Shown: one piece after another, positions 9,238 through 18,708 of the stretch
How positions within the stretch are numbered: the stretch's first letter is position 1
How the letters are laid out: each line of letters opens with the position of its first letter
NCBI RefSeq assembly: GCF_022701215.1
Contig: NZ_CP089976.1
Span: 210,001-242,000 of the forward strand
Direction of reading: 5' to 3'
Origin: Moraxella nasovis
Lineage (GTDB): Bacteria > Pseudomonadota > Gammaproteobacteria > Pseudomonadales > Moraxellaceae
DNA: 32,000 nucleotides
Translations under genes and position numbers: made by a program
The notes under the pieces: generated by a model
What the model was told of the DNA's origin: nothing
Database searches by the model: none
The model's input: the letters and a program-made list of their open reading frames with translations, nothing else

Positions 9238-9792
9238 TTACACTTCCATCAGTTCGCTTTCTTTTTTCTCAAGGCGTGCATCAATCACACCGATGAATTT
9301 ATCTGTCATCTTTTGAATGACATCAGCTGCACGACGTTCGTCGTCTTCTGAGATTTCTTTATCCTTAACCAAGGCTTTTACATCATTCATCATATCACGG
9401 CGAATGTTACGCACAGATATACGAGCTTGTTCAGCGTCTGAGCGTGCCAGTTTTTGCATATCACGGCGAGTCTCTTCGGTTAATGCTGGCATTGGTACAC
9501 GAATTACGTCAGCGGTCATTGGGTTTAGCCCCAAGTCAGCTTCACGAATTGCTTTATCAACCGCTTGCACCATTGAACGCTCAAAAGGCTGGACAAGTAG
9601 CGTACGGCTGTCTTCAACGTTCACGCTTGCCACCTGATTTAATGGCGTGTCCGCACCGTAATAATTGACCATCACACTAGATAAGATACCAGGGTGGGCT
9701 CGCCCTGTACGCAGTTTAGCAAAGGCATTTTCTAATGCTTCTACTGATTTGTTCATACGGCTTTCGCCATCATCATGGATTGCATTTAACAT
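9238..9792 (-). CDS. frr: Ribosome recycling factor
   Basis: 184 aa. The translation [20 protein letters not shown]...[22 protein letters not shown] is typical of Frr, and the gene lies between pyrH and uppS. Confidence 0.96.
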   Translation of the reverse strand: MLNAIHDDGESRMNKSVEALENAFAKLRTGRAHPGILSSVMVNYYGADTPLNQVASVNVEDSRTLLVQPFERSMVQAVDKAIREADLGLNPMTADVIRVPMPALTEETRRDMQKLARSDAEQARISVRNIRRDMMNDVKALVKDKEISEDDERRAADVIQKMTDKFIGVIDARLEKKESELMEV

Positions 9793-9851
9793 ATAAATTC
9801 CTTAATAGTTATAGATTGTAAACTTATGGTGAAATTTGAACTGCATTTGGT

Positions 9852-10577
9852 CTAATGATAGACACGAGTACCTTCTTTTTCGCCCATCACAACGTTAAGC
9901 AAGGCGTTTGGCTTATTCATATCAAACACTTGTAACGGCACATTATGCTCACGACATAGAGCGATTGCGGTAAGATCCATTACGCCAAGCTTACGTTCTA
10001 GCACTTCATCAAAGCTTAAGCTGTCGTATTTTACGGCATCTTCATGGGTATTTGGGTCTTTATCATATACCCCATCAACCTTAGTCGCCTTTAAAATCAA
10101 ACCTGCTTCAATCTCAATACCACGCAAGCAGGCCGCTGTATCGGTAGTAAAAAACGGATTTCCCGTCCCCGCTACAAAGATACAAACCTCGCCATTATTT
10201 AAATGACGAATCGCTTCACGACTAGAATAAGACTCACCCACTGTAGATATTGAAAGTGCAGACATTAGACGAGTTTTAATGTTGCGGCGAACCAACGCGT
10301 CACGCATAGCAAGACCATTCATTACAGTTGCAAGCATACCCATCTGATCGCCCGTTACACGTCCAACCAAGCCTTCTTTTTGTAGAGTGCTACCACGGTA
10401 CAAGTTACCGCCGCCGACCACGATACCCACCTGAACGCCTAACCCACATAAATGAGCAATTGACAGACTCATCTTATCTAAGATAGAGGCATCAATCCCC
10501 ATATCCTTACCGCCTGCCAACGCTTCACCTGACAATTTTAATAAAATACGAGAAAACTTAGGATTTTTATCAGACAC
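9852..10577 (-). CDS. pyrH: UMP kinase
   Basis: Translation [12 protein letters not shown]...[13 protein letters not shown]...[11 protein letters not shown] matches PyrH. The ORF track extends to 10631, but the GTG at 10577 ([14 protein letters not shown]), preceded by AAGGTGAAG, gives a family-typical length of about 242 aa. Confidence 0.9.
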   Translation of the reverse strand: MSDKNPKFSRILLKLSGEALAGGKDMGIDASILDKMSLSIAHLCGLGVQVGIVVGGGNLYRGSTLQKEGLVGRVTGDQMGMLATVMNGLAMRDALVRRNIKTRLMSALSISTVGESYSSREAIRHLNNGEVCIFVAGTGNPFFTTDTAACLRGIEIEAGLILKATKVDGVYDKDPNTHEDAVKYDSLSFDEVLERKLGVMDLTAIALCREHNVPLQVFDMNKPNALLNVVMGEKEGTRVYH

Positions 10578-10713
10578 GGCTTCACCTTTTTTTTGATTAT
10601 AAATTAAAACAAATTGCGATAATTTTAGCACATTTTAGTAAGTCGTGCTAAATTTTTCCCAAATTCAAAAAGATTACACCTTTTAGCACCGCTTAAGACA
10701 GCACGCCTTGTGC

Positions 10714-12744
10714 TTACTTTTTCTTAGCAAGCATCGCTTTAATATTCGCTAAATAATGATCAGCAGCTTGCTCTTTGGTAAGCTTAGAAGCTCCTTTTTT
10801 GGCAGGATAGTCAATGTGCTCTAGCGGCAACTCATCTAAGAATCGAGAAGGTGTCGTATGACGCATATCACGCCCCACACGTCGCTGCTTGGCAAGCAAT
10901 AAAGTCAGCTCAAGCTTTGCTCTGGTGATACCCACATACATTAATCGCCGTTCTTCTTCTACAGTATCGCTTAAGATGGAATTGCGGTGCGGTAAAATCT
11001 CCTCTTCTACCCCCATAATATACACATAATCAAACTCCAAACCCTTAGCAGCGTGCAGCGTCATAAGATTTACTTTGTTGATATTTTCTTCTTCTTGTTG
11101 CTGCTCTAACATATCAAGCAGCATCATCTTACGGATAACAGACTCAATGGTTTTCTCATCATCATCTTCAGCACGATCGATTAGCGACGACATAGAAGCA
11201 TAAAGTAGCTCGATATTCTCAAGGCGTACTTTTTCTTGCTGTGGCGTCTTACTGTCGTCTTTAATGTAGTCAATATAGCCTGTTTCTTCAATCATCTGCC
11301 TAACAAGCCCCATTGGATCTGAATTATCATAAAGCTCTTTGGTGTATCTCTCTATAAACTTGGCAAAATCAAGCAATGTGTGGCTTGCCTTATTACCCAC
11401 CGCTGCCTTTAAGCCTGCGTGTTGACAAGCAGATAATAGCGAAATCTCGTATTCTTGGGCAAGCAATCCAAGCTTTTCAAGCGTTACTGAACCCATGCCA
11501 CGCTTTGGTGTATTAATAATGCGTAAAAATGCCGCATCATCATCAGGGTTTAAGATGATTCTTAAATAGCTCATCACATCTTTAATTTCAGAACGAGCAA
11601 AAAAAGAAGTTCCGCCAGACAGCTTATAAGGTACGCCCAGCTGTCTTAGCTCTGCCTCTAATAATCGTGCCTGAAAATTACTACGGTACAATACTGCATA
11701 CTGCTCCCATTTACCATCGTGCGTTACTCGGTGAGCTACGATTTCTTTGGCAACACGCTCTGCTTCATCTATTTCGTTTAGACAAGTCAACACTCGGATG
11801 TGTTTGCCTTCACCCTTATCTGACCACAATACCTTATCAAAAAGGTGTTCATTATTGGCAATCACTGAATTAGCGGCAGTTAAAATCTTGCCAGTAGATC
11901 GGTAATTTTGTTCAAGTTTAACCACCTGTAAAGTGGGAAAATCTTGCTTTAGCAGTGCCATATTTTCAGGCTTCGCACCACGCCAAGCATAAATAGACTG
12001 ATCATCATCGCCCACCACCGTAAACCTTGACTGAGTACCAACCAATAGCTTTATTAATTCATACTGTGCGGTGTTGGTGTCTTGATATTCATCCACAAGC
12101 AGATAACGAATGCGAGTCTGCCATTTATCACGCACTTGCTCATTTTGCTTTAGGATTTTTACTGGCAATACAATCAAATCATCAAAATCCACAGCGTTAT
12201 AGGCTCGTAGATTGCGTTCATATAACCCATAAAGATGAGCAAACATCATATCTTCTGGATCGCTTAAGGTGTCAGCAGCTTTTTCTGGTGGGATAAGATC
12301 ATTTTTCCAATCAGAAATCATCTTAATTGCCTTGCCTACAAGCTCTCTACTGTCTGCACCACTTAGGTTATCTCGCTGCATAAGATCCATAAGCAGTCTT
12401 TTACTGTCTTCGCCATCCATGATACTAAAGTTACTTTTAAGTGGTGTATGCACCAACTCAAAGCGTAAAAACTGCAAACCAAACTGGTGAAATGTAGAAA
12501 CAGTAAGCCCTCGGCTACGTTCAGCGGGTAGTAGCTTTTGAACACGAGCTTTCATCTCACGAGCAGCCTTATTGGTAAAGGTCATCGCTGTGATACGGTC
12601 GGCAGGAATATTGCAGTTGGTGATTAAATGAGCGATTTTTTGGGTGATAACGCTTGTTTTACCAGAGCCTGCCCCCGCCAAGACAAGGAGTGGACCTAAA
12701 ACGTATTTTAATGCTTCTTGCTGACGAGAATTTAATTGACTCAT
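10714..12744 (-). CDS. rep: ATP-dependent DNA helicase Rep (UvrD/Rep superfamily 1)
   Basis: 676 aa. Walker A is present (AGAGSGKTSVIT), along with the LLVDEYQDTN, VGDDDQSIYAWRGA and MTLHAAKGLEFDYVYI motifs. Length and the C-terminal end (ANIKAMLAKKK) resemble E. coli Rep rather than UvrD. Confidence 0.9.
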   Translation of the reverse strand: MSQLNSRQQEALKYVLGPLLVLAGAGSGKTSVITQKIAHLITNCNIPADRITAMTFTNKAAREMKARVQKLLPAERSRGLTVSTFHQFGLQFLRFELVHTPLKSNFSIMDGEDSKRLLMDLMQRDNLSGADSRELVGKAIKMISDWKNDLIPPEKAADTLSDPEDMMFAHLYGLYERNLRAYNAVDFDDLIVLPVKILKQNEQVRDKWQTRIRYLLVDEYQDTNTAQYELIKLLVGTQSRFTVVGDDDQSIYAWRGAKPENMALLKQDFPTLQVVKLEQNYRSTGKILTAANSVIANNEHLFDKVLWSDKGEGKHIRVLTCLNEIDEAERVAKEIVAHRVTHDGKWEQYAVLYRSNFQARLLEAELRQLGVPYKLSGGTSFFARSEIKDVMSYLRIILNPDDDAAFLRIINTPKRGMGSVTLEKLGLLAQEYEISLLSACQHAGLKAAVGNKASHTLLDFAKFIERYTKELYDNSDPMGLVRQMIEETGYIDYIKDDSKTPQQEKVRLENIELLYASMSSLIDRAEDDDEKTIESVIRKMMLLDMLEQQQEEENINKVNLMTLHAAKGLEFDYVYIMGVEEEILPHRNSILSDTVEEERRLMYVGITRAKLELTLLLAKQRRVGRDMRHTTPSRFLDELPLEHIDYPAKKGASKLTKEQAADHYLANIKAMLAKKK

Positions 12745-12858
12745 AGATAATCACTTAGTTTATTTATAAATATTTACTGGGTGGGTAGTGGGTATTTATT
12801 TTATCATAAAAGCCATCTTATGCTAAAATATCGTAAAGCTTATCATTGGGCATATTTT

Positions 12859-13347
12859 ATGACATCACACCCCAAGCACGCTATGCACTTATCTGACGTA
12901 GCACCCAATTTACTGCAATATCTGACTGCTGATGGCTCATTAACCGCCCTACTTGAAAGACAATCAAGAAAGCCTTTATGCGTACAAGTCATCAGTCAAA
13001 TCATCAGACCGTTAACCTTTGATGAAAAAAAACTACTAAATCTACCTGTGCACAGACCTAGCCTTGGTAAAGTGCGTAAAGTACTGCTATCAGCCAGTGG
13101 TGACATACCCAAAGTAAATGCCACAAGTATCTTTCCACTGACAAGCCTAACAGGTAGTGCCAAGCGACTTAAACACCTAAAGACCACACCTGTCGGCTAT
13201 GTTCTATTTAAAAAAAATCAGACGCTACCCTTTACTCGCAGCTACTTTTATGACCACCACAATCAATCATGGGGTAGAAATACTGTCTATGATTGGCAAG
13301 GTCGCAAGATTTTAATTCAAGAAGTATTTATTCAGCCATGTAGCTAA
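12859..13347 (+). CDS. ubiC: Chorismate pyruvate-lyase
   Basis: LTADGSLTALLE, RKVLLSASGD...TSLTG...TPVGYVLF and WGRNTV...ILIQEVF align with E. coli UbiC blocks. The ORF track starts at 12781. ATG 12859 (or 12883) is more plausible given a family length of about 160-170 aa. Confidence 0.75.
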   Translation: MTSHPKHAMHLSDVAPNLLQYLTADGSLTALLERQSRKPLCVQVISQIIRPLTFDEKKLLNLPVHRPSLGKVRKVLLSASGDIPKVNATSIFPLTSLTGSAKRLKHLKTTPVGYVLFKKNQTLPFTRSYFYDHHNQSWGRNTVYDWQGRKILIQEVFIQPCS

Positions 13348-13359
13348 GCCAACCAAAAG

Positions 13360-14352
13360 CTACATCAAGCGACTGCTGGCAAGCTTAGTTAGCTCATAAA
13401 GACCTTGGCGATAGCGGTTGTCTGGTAGGTTTTTTAGGGCATTTTGGGCAGCATAAGTCTCATCAAATGCCCGCTTTTTACAGTAATCTAACGCCCCTGA
13501 CGACTGCACCATAGTAATAAGCTTACCTACATTATCCACTTTACCTGTCTGAACAGCGACACGCAACTTGTCATAATCATCATTGCCTTGTTCTTTTAGA
13601 AGTTGCAAGGTTTTAATAATAGGTAGCGTAGGCTTTCCTTCAGCCAAATCATCACCTAAATTCTTACCCATAATCTCACTATCACCACTAAAATCAAGCA
13701 CATCATCGATAATCTGAAACGCATTGCCAAAATGATAAGCGAACGCCCCTAAGTCTTCTAGCAAGTCATCTCGACCTGCTAAGATACCTGCCCCTTTGGT
13801 TGCCATCATAAATAGCCGTGATGTCTTACCATCGATAATCTGCAAATAATCGTCTTCGGTCGCCTCAGGATTATGCTGGTGTTGTAACTGCAACACTTCA
13901 CCTTCGGCAATGTCGCATGTACCATCTGAAAATAGCTTTAATAAAGGTAGATTGCTAAATCCCACCAATAAATTAAACGAACGAGCAATCAGATAATCTC
14001 CCACCAAAACGGCTGTGGCATTATCCCACGTGGCATTCGCTGTCGGTCTGCCTCTTCTTAATCCTGATGCGTCAATCACATCATCATGCACTAAAGTTGC
14101 AGTATGCAGCATCTCGGTAATCGCTGCAAGCTCCATGGCTTGGGCATTTTGACGATCATCTAGCATTCTTGCAGTTAAAAGTGTGATAAGTGGACGCATT
14201 CTTTTACCGCCTGCATCGATGACGTGCTTTGAGACACTCATGACCAGCTGCACTTTTGAATTTAAGCTACCAAAAACTTGCTTATCCATAATGGCAAAAT
14301 CATCTGCCACAATACTTTGTATGTCGCTGTACGTTATGTTGTTATTACTCAT
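13360..14352 (-). CDS. ispB: Octaprenyl (all-trans polyprenyl) diphosphate synthase
   Basis: Both polyprenyl synthase Asp-rich motifs are present (LVHDDVIDASGLRRG and FQIIDDVLDF). The ORF track start at 14361 is TTG, and ATG 14352 (MSNNNITY) is likely the true start. Confidence 0.92.
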   Translation of the reverse strand: MSNNNITYSDIQSIVADDFAIMDKQVFGSLNSKVQLVMSVSKHVIDAGGKRMRPLITLLTARMLDDRQNAQAMELAAITEMLHTATLVHDDVIDASGLRRGRPTANATWDNATAVLVGDYLIARSFNLLVGFSNLPLLKLFSDGTCDIAEGEVLQLQHQHNPEATEDDYLQIIDGKTSRLFMMATKGAGILAGRDDLLEDLGAFAYHFGNAFQIIDDVLDFSGDSEIMGKNLGDDLAEGKPTLPIIKTLQLLKEQGNDDYDKLRVAVQTGKVDNVGKLITMVQSSGALDYCKKRAFDETYAAQNALKNLPDNRYRQGLYELTKLASSRLM

Positions 14353-14600
14353 AGTCACCAAATCGTTAAACTATCAAAATCGCATTATCATATCACAGCA
14401 TGCGATGAAGCGAAAGCATACAAAATCACAGACAATCAAATCCCAGCATAATTGAGTAAATTTCATGATAATTAAAAGATTTTTAACTTGTTAATTACAG
14501 TTATTGTGTGCATAATATAACCCCTAGCATTTCAATTGACTGTACGTCAAATGGATTTGAGTCATTTAAGATCAGTAATTTTAATTTTAGGAATTTAGCC

Positions 14601-15683
14601 ATGAGCCAAACCGCCACTCACAATGCAGAAATCGACGACGTGAATATTGAAAAGTTTATCCCTCTAATTACCCCCCATCAACTCAAAAGCAAATACCCAC
14701 TCACGGATACCGCTTACCAAACCGTACTCAACGGTCGTAAAACCATTGAAAATATCCTTGATGGTAAAGATAATCGCATTTTAGTGGTTATAGGTCCTTG
14801 TTCTATTCATGATGTTACAGCAGCCCACGAATATGCCGACCGCCTAAAAGTACTTGCCGAAGAGTTGTCTAACGAGCTATTTATCGTTATGCGTGTTTAT
14901 TTTGAAAAACCTCGCACCACCACAGGCTGGAAAGGTCTGATTAACGACCCTTACATGAATGACAGCTTTGATATTGAGCATGGTCTTGGCTTGGCTCGTA
15001 AGCTACTTCTTGACTTAAACGAAAAAGGCTTGCCATGTGCCACCGAAGCACTTGATCCAAATACGCCGCAGTATATTCAAGACCTAATCAGCTGGTCAGC
15101 GATTGGGGCTAGAACCACCGAATCTCAGACGCACCGTGAGATGAGCAGTGGCTTGTCCTGCCCTGTTGGCTTTAAAAATGGCACAGACGGCAGTATGACA
15201 GTTGCTGTTAATGCCATGCAAGCGGTGCAATCTGGGCATAGCTTTTTAGGTCTATCAGAAGATGGTCAAGTATGCATCATTAAATCAAAAGGCAATCAGT
15301 ACGCCCACGTCGTCTTGCGTGGTGGGAATGACCAGCCAAACTATGACGAGACCGCCATTGCCGCTGCTGAAGATGAGCTTGCCAAAGGTAAAACTAACGG
15401 TAAAATTATGGTTGATGCCAGTCATGCTAATAGCGGCAAAGACCCTTACTTGCAACCTATGGTTATCCAAAACATCGCAGGACAAATCCAAAATGGCAAC
15501 ACTTCTATCATGGGGCTTATGATAGAAAGCCACCTTAAAGGCGGAAGACAAAATATCCCTGCTGATTTATCACAATTAGAATACGGTAAATCTGTAACCG
15601 ATGGTTGTTTGGATTGGGAAGCCACCGTTGAAACCCTAAGACAGTTTGCCAAAGATGTCAAAGCCTATTTGCCCAATCGTTAA
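14601..15683 (+). CDS. 3-deoxy-7-phosphoheptulonate (DAHP) synthase, class I
   Basis: LVVIGPCSIHD, RVYFEKPRTTTGWKGLINDP and VDASHANSGKD are class I-alpha DAHP synthase motifs. ATG 14601 is preceded by AGGA, and the upstream extension to 14508 is unlikely. The feedback specificity (aroF/G/H) cannot be told from sequence. Confidence 0.92.
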   Translation: MSQTATHNAEIDDVNIEKFIPLITPHQLKSKYPLTDTAYQTVLNGRKTIENILDGKDNRILVVIGPCSIHDVTAAHEYADRLKVLAEELSNELFIVMRVYFEKPRTTTGWKGLINDPYMNDSFDIEHGLGLARKLLLDLNEKGLPCATEALDPNTPQYIQDLISWSAIGARTTESQTHREMSSGLSCPVGFKNGTDGSMTVAVNAMQAVQSGHSFLGLSEDGQVCIIKSKGNQYAHVVLRGGNDQPNYDETAIAAAEDELAKGKTNGKIMVDASHANSGKDPYLQPMVIQNIAGQIQNGNTSIMGLMIESHLKGGRQNIPADLSQLEYGKSVTDGCLDWEATVETLRQFAKDVKAYLPNR

Positions 15684-15786
15684 TTGGCACGCTTTTGACA
15701 ATGAATGTTTAAGATGATTAAGTAGCAACTTTTACATTTTACAAAAACTGCTACTTAATCCAAAATACCAATCATATTGACATCAA

Positions 15787-15817
15787 GGGGAGAAAAGTTT
15801 TTCACCCCCTTTTTTTT
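15787..15817 (+). terminator. Rho-independent terminator after the DAHP synthase gene
   Basis: GGGGAGAAA-AGTT-TTTCACCCC hairpin (4+4 bp with one A/A mismatch) followed by C plus T8 (15810-15817). Confidence 0.65.
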
Positions 15818-15924
15818 GGTTTTTATTTATTCTTTGTTTTTAGTTAATCCAAGCTCATATCCAATCTGGCATTAAGCACAGTTTTTTATTCATACATTTT
15901 ATCCAAATCATTACCCATCAAATC

Positions 15925-16836
15925 ATGACCAATCCCAGTCCATCAAGCACGCCAAACAGCCCAGACAACCCAAACAGCCCCAACCCAAATAATCAAGGCT
16001 CATTTTTTGGGTCATTTTATATGGTATTGGCAAGTCTTGGTTTTGCTTTGATGCTCGTTTTTATCAAATTTTCTGGTCAAAAATTTGCCATGCACACCTA
16101 TGAGATTACCTTTTGGCGTGTGGCATTCTCCTTGATTGTACTTGGGGGTTATTCATGGATAAAAGGGCGAGACTTTCGCACCCCCTACCCAAAAGAGCAT
16201 TTTTGGCGGTCTTTGGCAGGCTCTGTCGCTCTTTTGATGAATTTTTATGTGGTCTTACATCTGCCACTTGCGACCGCCAGCACCCTACAAAATACGTCTG
16301 CGATATTTTTGGGGCTGTTATCCGTCATTATCTTGAAACAAAAACCAACGCCCATCACATGGCTGTCTCTCATCTTGGGTTTTGTTGGCGTGCTGATACT
16401 GCTAAGACCCAGTGCAGATGGCGACATCTTCGCCATGATTTTGGGCTTGGTGAGTGGGGCAATCTCTGGCTATGCCTATTTGCAAGTGCGTGAGCTTAGT
16501 TTGCTTGGTGAGCCTGCGTGGCGAATCGTGTTTTATTTTTCATTATTATCCACCATCATCGCAGGGCTGCTAGCGTTATATTTTGGCTTTAGCCCTGTTA
16601 CTCTATCTAATCTGCCATACATCATCGGCATCGGCGTGACCGCGCTTTTGGGGCAGTTGTTATTAACTTACGCTTACCAAGTAGGACGAAAATTCGTCGT
16701 AGCCACACTATCCTATCTGGGCGTGGTGTTCGCGATACTCTTTGGCGTGTGGCTGTTCGGTGAGCGACTGGACTGGTTGAGTCTCTTGGGGATTGGTGTG
16801 ATTGTGGCGAGTGGGATGCTGAGTGGAAAGAGATAG
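15925..16836 (+). CDS. DMT superfamily (EamA-like) transporter
   Basis: 303 aa with about 10 hydrophobic segments in a two-EamA-repeat architecture. It has a Pro/Asn/Ser-rich N-terminal extension, and the alternative start at ATG 16021 (MVLASLGF) cannot be excluded. Confidence 0.8.
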   Translation: MTNPSPSSTPNSPDNPNSPNPNNQGSFFGSFYMVLASLGFALMLVFIKFSGQKFAMHTYEITFWRVAFSLIVLGGYSWIKGRDFRTPYPKEHFWRSLAGSVALLMNFYVVLHLPLATASTLQNTSAIFLGLLSVIILKQKPTPITWLSLILGFVGVLILLRPSADGDIFAMILGLVSGAISGYAYLQVRELSLLGEPAWRIVFYFSLLSTIIAGLLALYFGFSPVTLSNLPYIIGIGVTALLGQLLLTYAYQVGRKFVVATLSYLGVVFAILFGVWLFGERLDWLSLLGIGVIVASGMLSGKR

Positions 16837-16907
16837 GAATACTTTATACCTCCATAAAATCTACCATCGCAAGCATATCAATAAAATTTACCAACGATAA
16901 CTCTTTA

Positions 16908-18587
16908 TCAAAATTGACTTTTATCAATAATGCTTGTTCGCAAATTACCATTTACCTGCCGCATCAAATCCAGCTCATAACTTTGATAACTGTAAAAGTC
17001 TAAAATCTCATCAACTTGAGCGTACATAGTATCATCACCAAATAGATTGTCATAACCAAACCAAGCATTCCCATAAGCATATTTCACAATATATTCTCCG
17101 ATAGGCAAATTAAGATTTATAATATCGCCTCTACGCACAAAGTACCAAGCGACCTCACGATGATTATTTGCATCAATAATTTTAATAAGATGATGATAAT
17201 GACGATTTGTTTTAATTTGCAGGTATGTATCACCATAAAGATCGGGCTGATTTGTCTCCCCTGTCCATGGCAGTGGTTTAACCTCTAAAGCCACAGTATG
17301 TAACTGTGCTCGAAGATAATCAGTGCGCTCCTTCAGTTGTGGAATTTCACAGCGATAACGCATTGTTTTAGCAATATCCACCCTATTACTATTTGTGTTA
17401 GCATAATCAATACATTTCCTCTCACGCCGCTGATTAATAGTTTTTTGCTCATTTCTTATTTGATTGCGAAAGTTGGGATGTAAAGCATCCCACACAGCAT
17501 TAATCTCTGCCACAGCCGCATGATATTCAGCTTCAGCAGCTGCGTAATCTGCATTAATCTGAGCTTCGGAAGATACTTGCTCAGCAGCTATCCGTGCTGC
17601 ATTAGCCGCTTGTTCAGCAGCCATTTGTGCCGCAGTAGCAGTCTGCTCTGCAATCATCACTGCTTCAGCAGTTGTTTCATCCCAACCATGCTCTACCTCA
17701 TCACTCTTTATTGTCGGAACGGTGGATAATGAATCCATGCTTGAAGTACTGTAGTCAATGACAGATGTATTGCTAGAAATTACAAACATCTGGATAATTA
17801 ATGCAATTATCGCAATACACAGTAATGAATAATCTTCTTCATAAACAGTATGACTAGGCTTATCATTAGGGTCCCGCGGGTCAACCCCGAAGCGATTCGC
17901 CCCTTTGCTAGGTGGTAAAAACAATAGTACAATCGGCAATAAAGGAATGAGTGACCACCAGCCAGAATGATTGCAATCGTGCAGTCTCTTGATGACAAAG
18001 TATTGCGATACAACCAGGGGTAAGGTAGTGATAACACCAACGAAAAACAAGCCCACACCAGCGAGTTCAACTCCCACCATGGATAATGACACCAAAATAG
18101 CCTGTCCTATCCAAATCGCCGCCACCATTGTTGACAAATAACAAATGGCATAAGTTCGGCGTCGCATCCGTCCACGCACGGAAAAATAGTCTCTTTCGAT
18201 AGGTTTTGGGTTTACCATCTCAGATGAAGTCCTAATGTCATCACTTGACACATATTCATCATTTCGCCTATCCTTATCGCCCTTGCTAGTAGTATCATTA
18301 GCGGTATGATATTGCGAAGTATGATCAAAAGATGAATAACGAGAATTTTGCTCCGCTCGTCTTTCCTGCTCATCAATCCACCGATCATACTCTGACCTTC
18401 TTACCGGATCAAACAAAACCTCATAAGCTTTATTAATCAGCTTCATGATACGCTCAGCTTCAGGATCGCCTGGGTTTCTATCAGGATGATATTTTTGTGC
18501 CAACGCCTTATAAGCTGCTTTGATGACAACGGCATCAGCCGTTCGAGCCACCTTTAAATTATCATAATGTGTATGAATTTTACCCAT
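16908..18587 (-). CDS. Mosaic membrane J-domain protein: N-terminal DnaJ J-domain (HPD), DUF805-like membrane core, Ala/Gln/Glu 11-mer repeats, DUF1311-like Cys module, C-terminal beta-rich domain
   Basis: aa 6-70 read YDNLKVARTADAVVIKAAYKALAQKYHPDRNPGD...AYEVLFDPVRRSEYD, a J-domain with HPD at aa 34-36. aa 133-237 read YFSVRGRMRRRTY...IKRLHDCNHSGWWSLIPLLP, a DUF805/YhaH-like signature. There is an extra hydrophobic segment at aa 254-272. aa 311-343 carry three 11-residue repeats. aa 355-430 have the W...R..C...C...R..L pattern seen in DUF1311. Confidence 0.8.
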   Translation of the reverse strand: MGKIHTHYDNLKVARTADAVVIKAAYKALAQKYHPDRNPGDPEAERIMKLINKAYEVLFDPVRRSEYDRWIDEQERRAEQNSRYSSFDHTSQYHTANDTTSKGDKDRRNDEYVSSDDIRTSSEMVNPKPIERDYFSVRGRMRRRTYAICYLSTMVAAIWIGQAILVSLSMVGVELAGVGLFFVGVITTLPLVVSQYFVIKRLHDCNHSGWWSLIPLLPIVLLFLPPSKGANRFGVDPRDPNDKPSHTVYEEDYSLLCIAIIALIIQMFVISSNTSVIDYSTSSMDSLSTVPTIKSDEVEHGWDETTAEAVMIAEQTATAAQMAAEQAANAARIAAEQVSSEAQINADYAAAEAEYHAAVAEINAVWDALHPNFRNQIRNEQKTINQRRERKCIDYANTNSNRVDIAKTMRYRCEIPQLKERTDYLRAQLHTVALEVKPLPWTGETNQPDLYGDTYLQIKTNRHYHHLIKIIDANNHREVAWYFVRRGDIINLNLPIGEYIVKYAYGNAWFGYDNLFGDDTMYAQVDEILDFYSYQSYELDLMRQVNGNLRTSIIDKSQF

Positions 18588-18665
18588 ATCAACAAAAAGC
18601 CAATAATTTGAATTTTCTGATGATTTGACCTTGCTACAAATCCATCAAGACAATATTAAACAAAC

Positions 18666-18695
18666 ATCAAAGACCGGCAATCACCAGTCTTTGAT
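18666..18695 (-). terminator. Terminator-like hairpin between the exported-protein genes and the J-domain gene
   Basis: 9-bp stem ATCAAAGAC / GTCTTTGAT with a 12-nt loop. On the minus strand it is followed by GTTTGTTTAAT, and it lies 14 nt downstream of the 18709 stop. Confidence 0.45.
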
Positions 18696-18708
18696 AATAA
18701 AAATACAA

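Noticed and set aside
10624-10690. Hairpin TTTAGCAC-N13-GTGCTAAA plus a third TTTAGCAC copy between rep and pyrH.
   Set aside because: The T-run is on the plus strand, where nothing is transcribed toward it, and it is a poor terminator in the minus orientation. I used it only as weak support for the shorter pyrH start, because it falls in the putative N-terminal extension.
12775-12800. G-run cluster CTGGGTGGGTAGTGGGTA between rep and ubiC as a possible G-quadruplex.
   Set aside because: There are only three GGG runs and a canonical G4 needs four. It more likely belongs to the promoter/5' region of ubiC.
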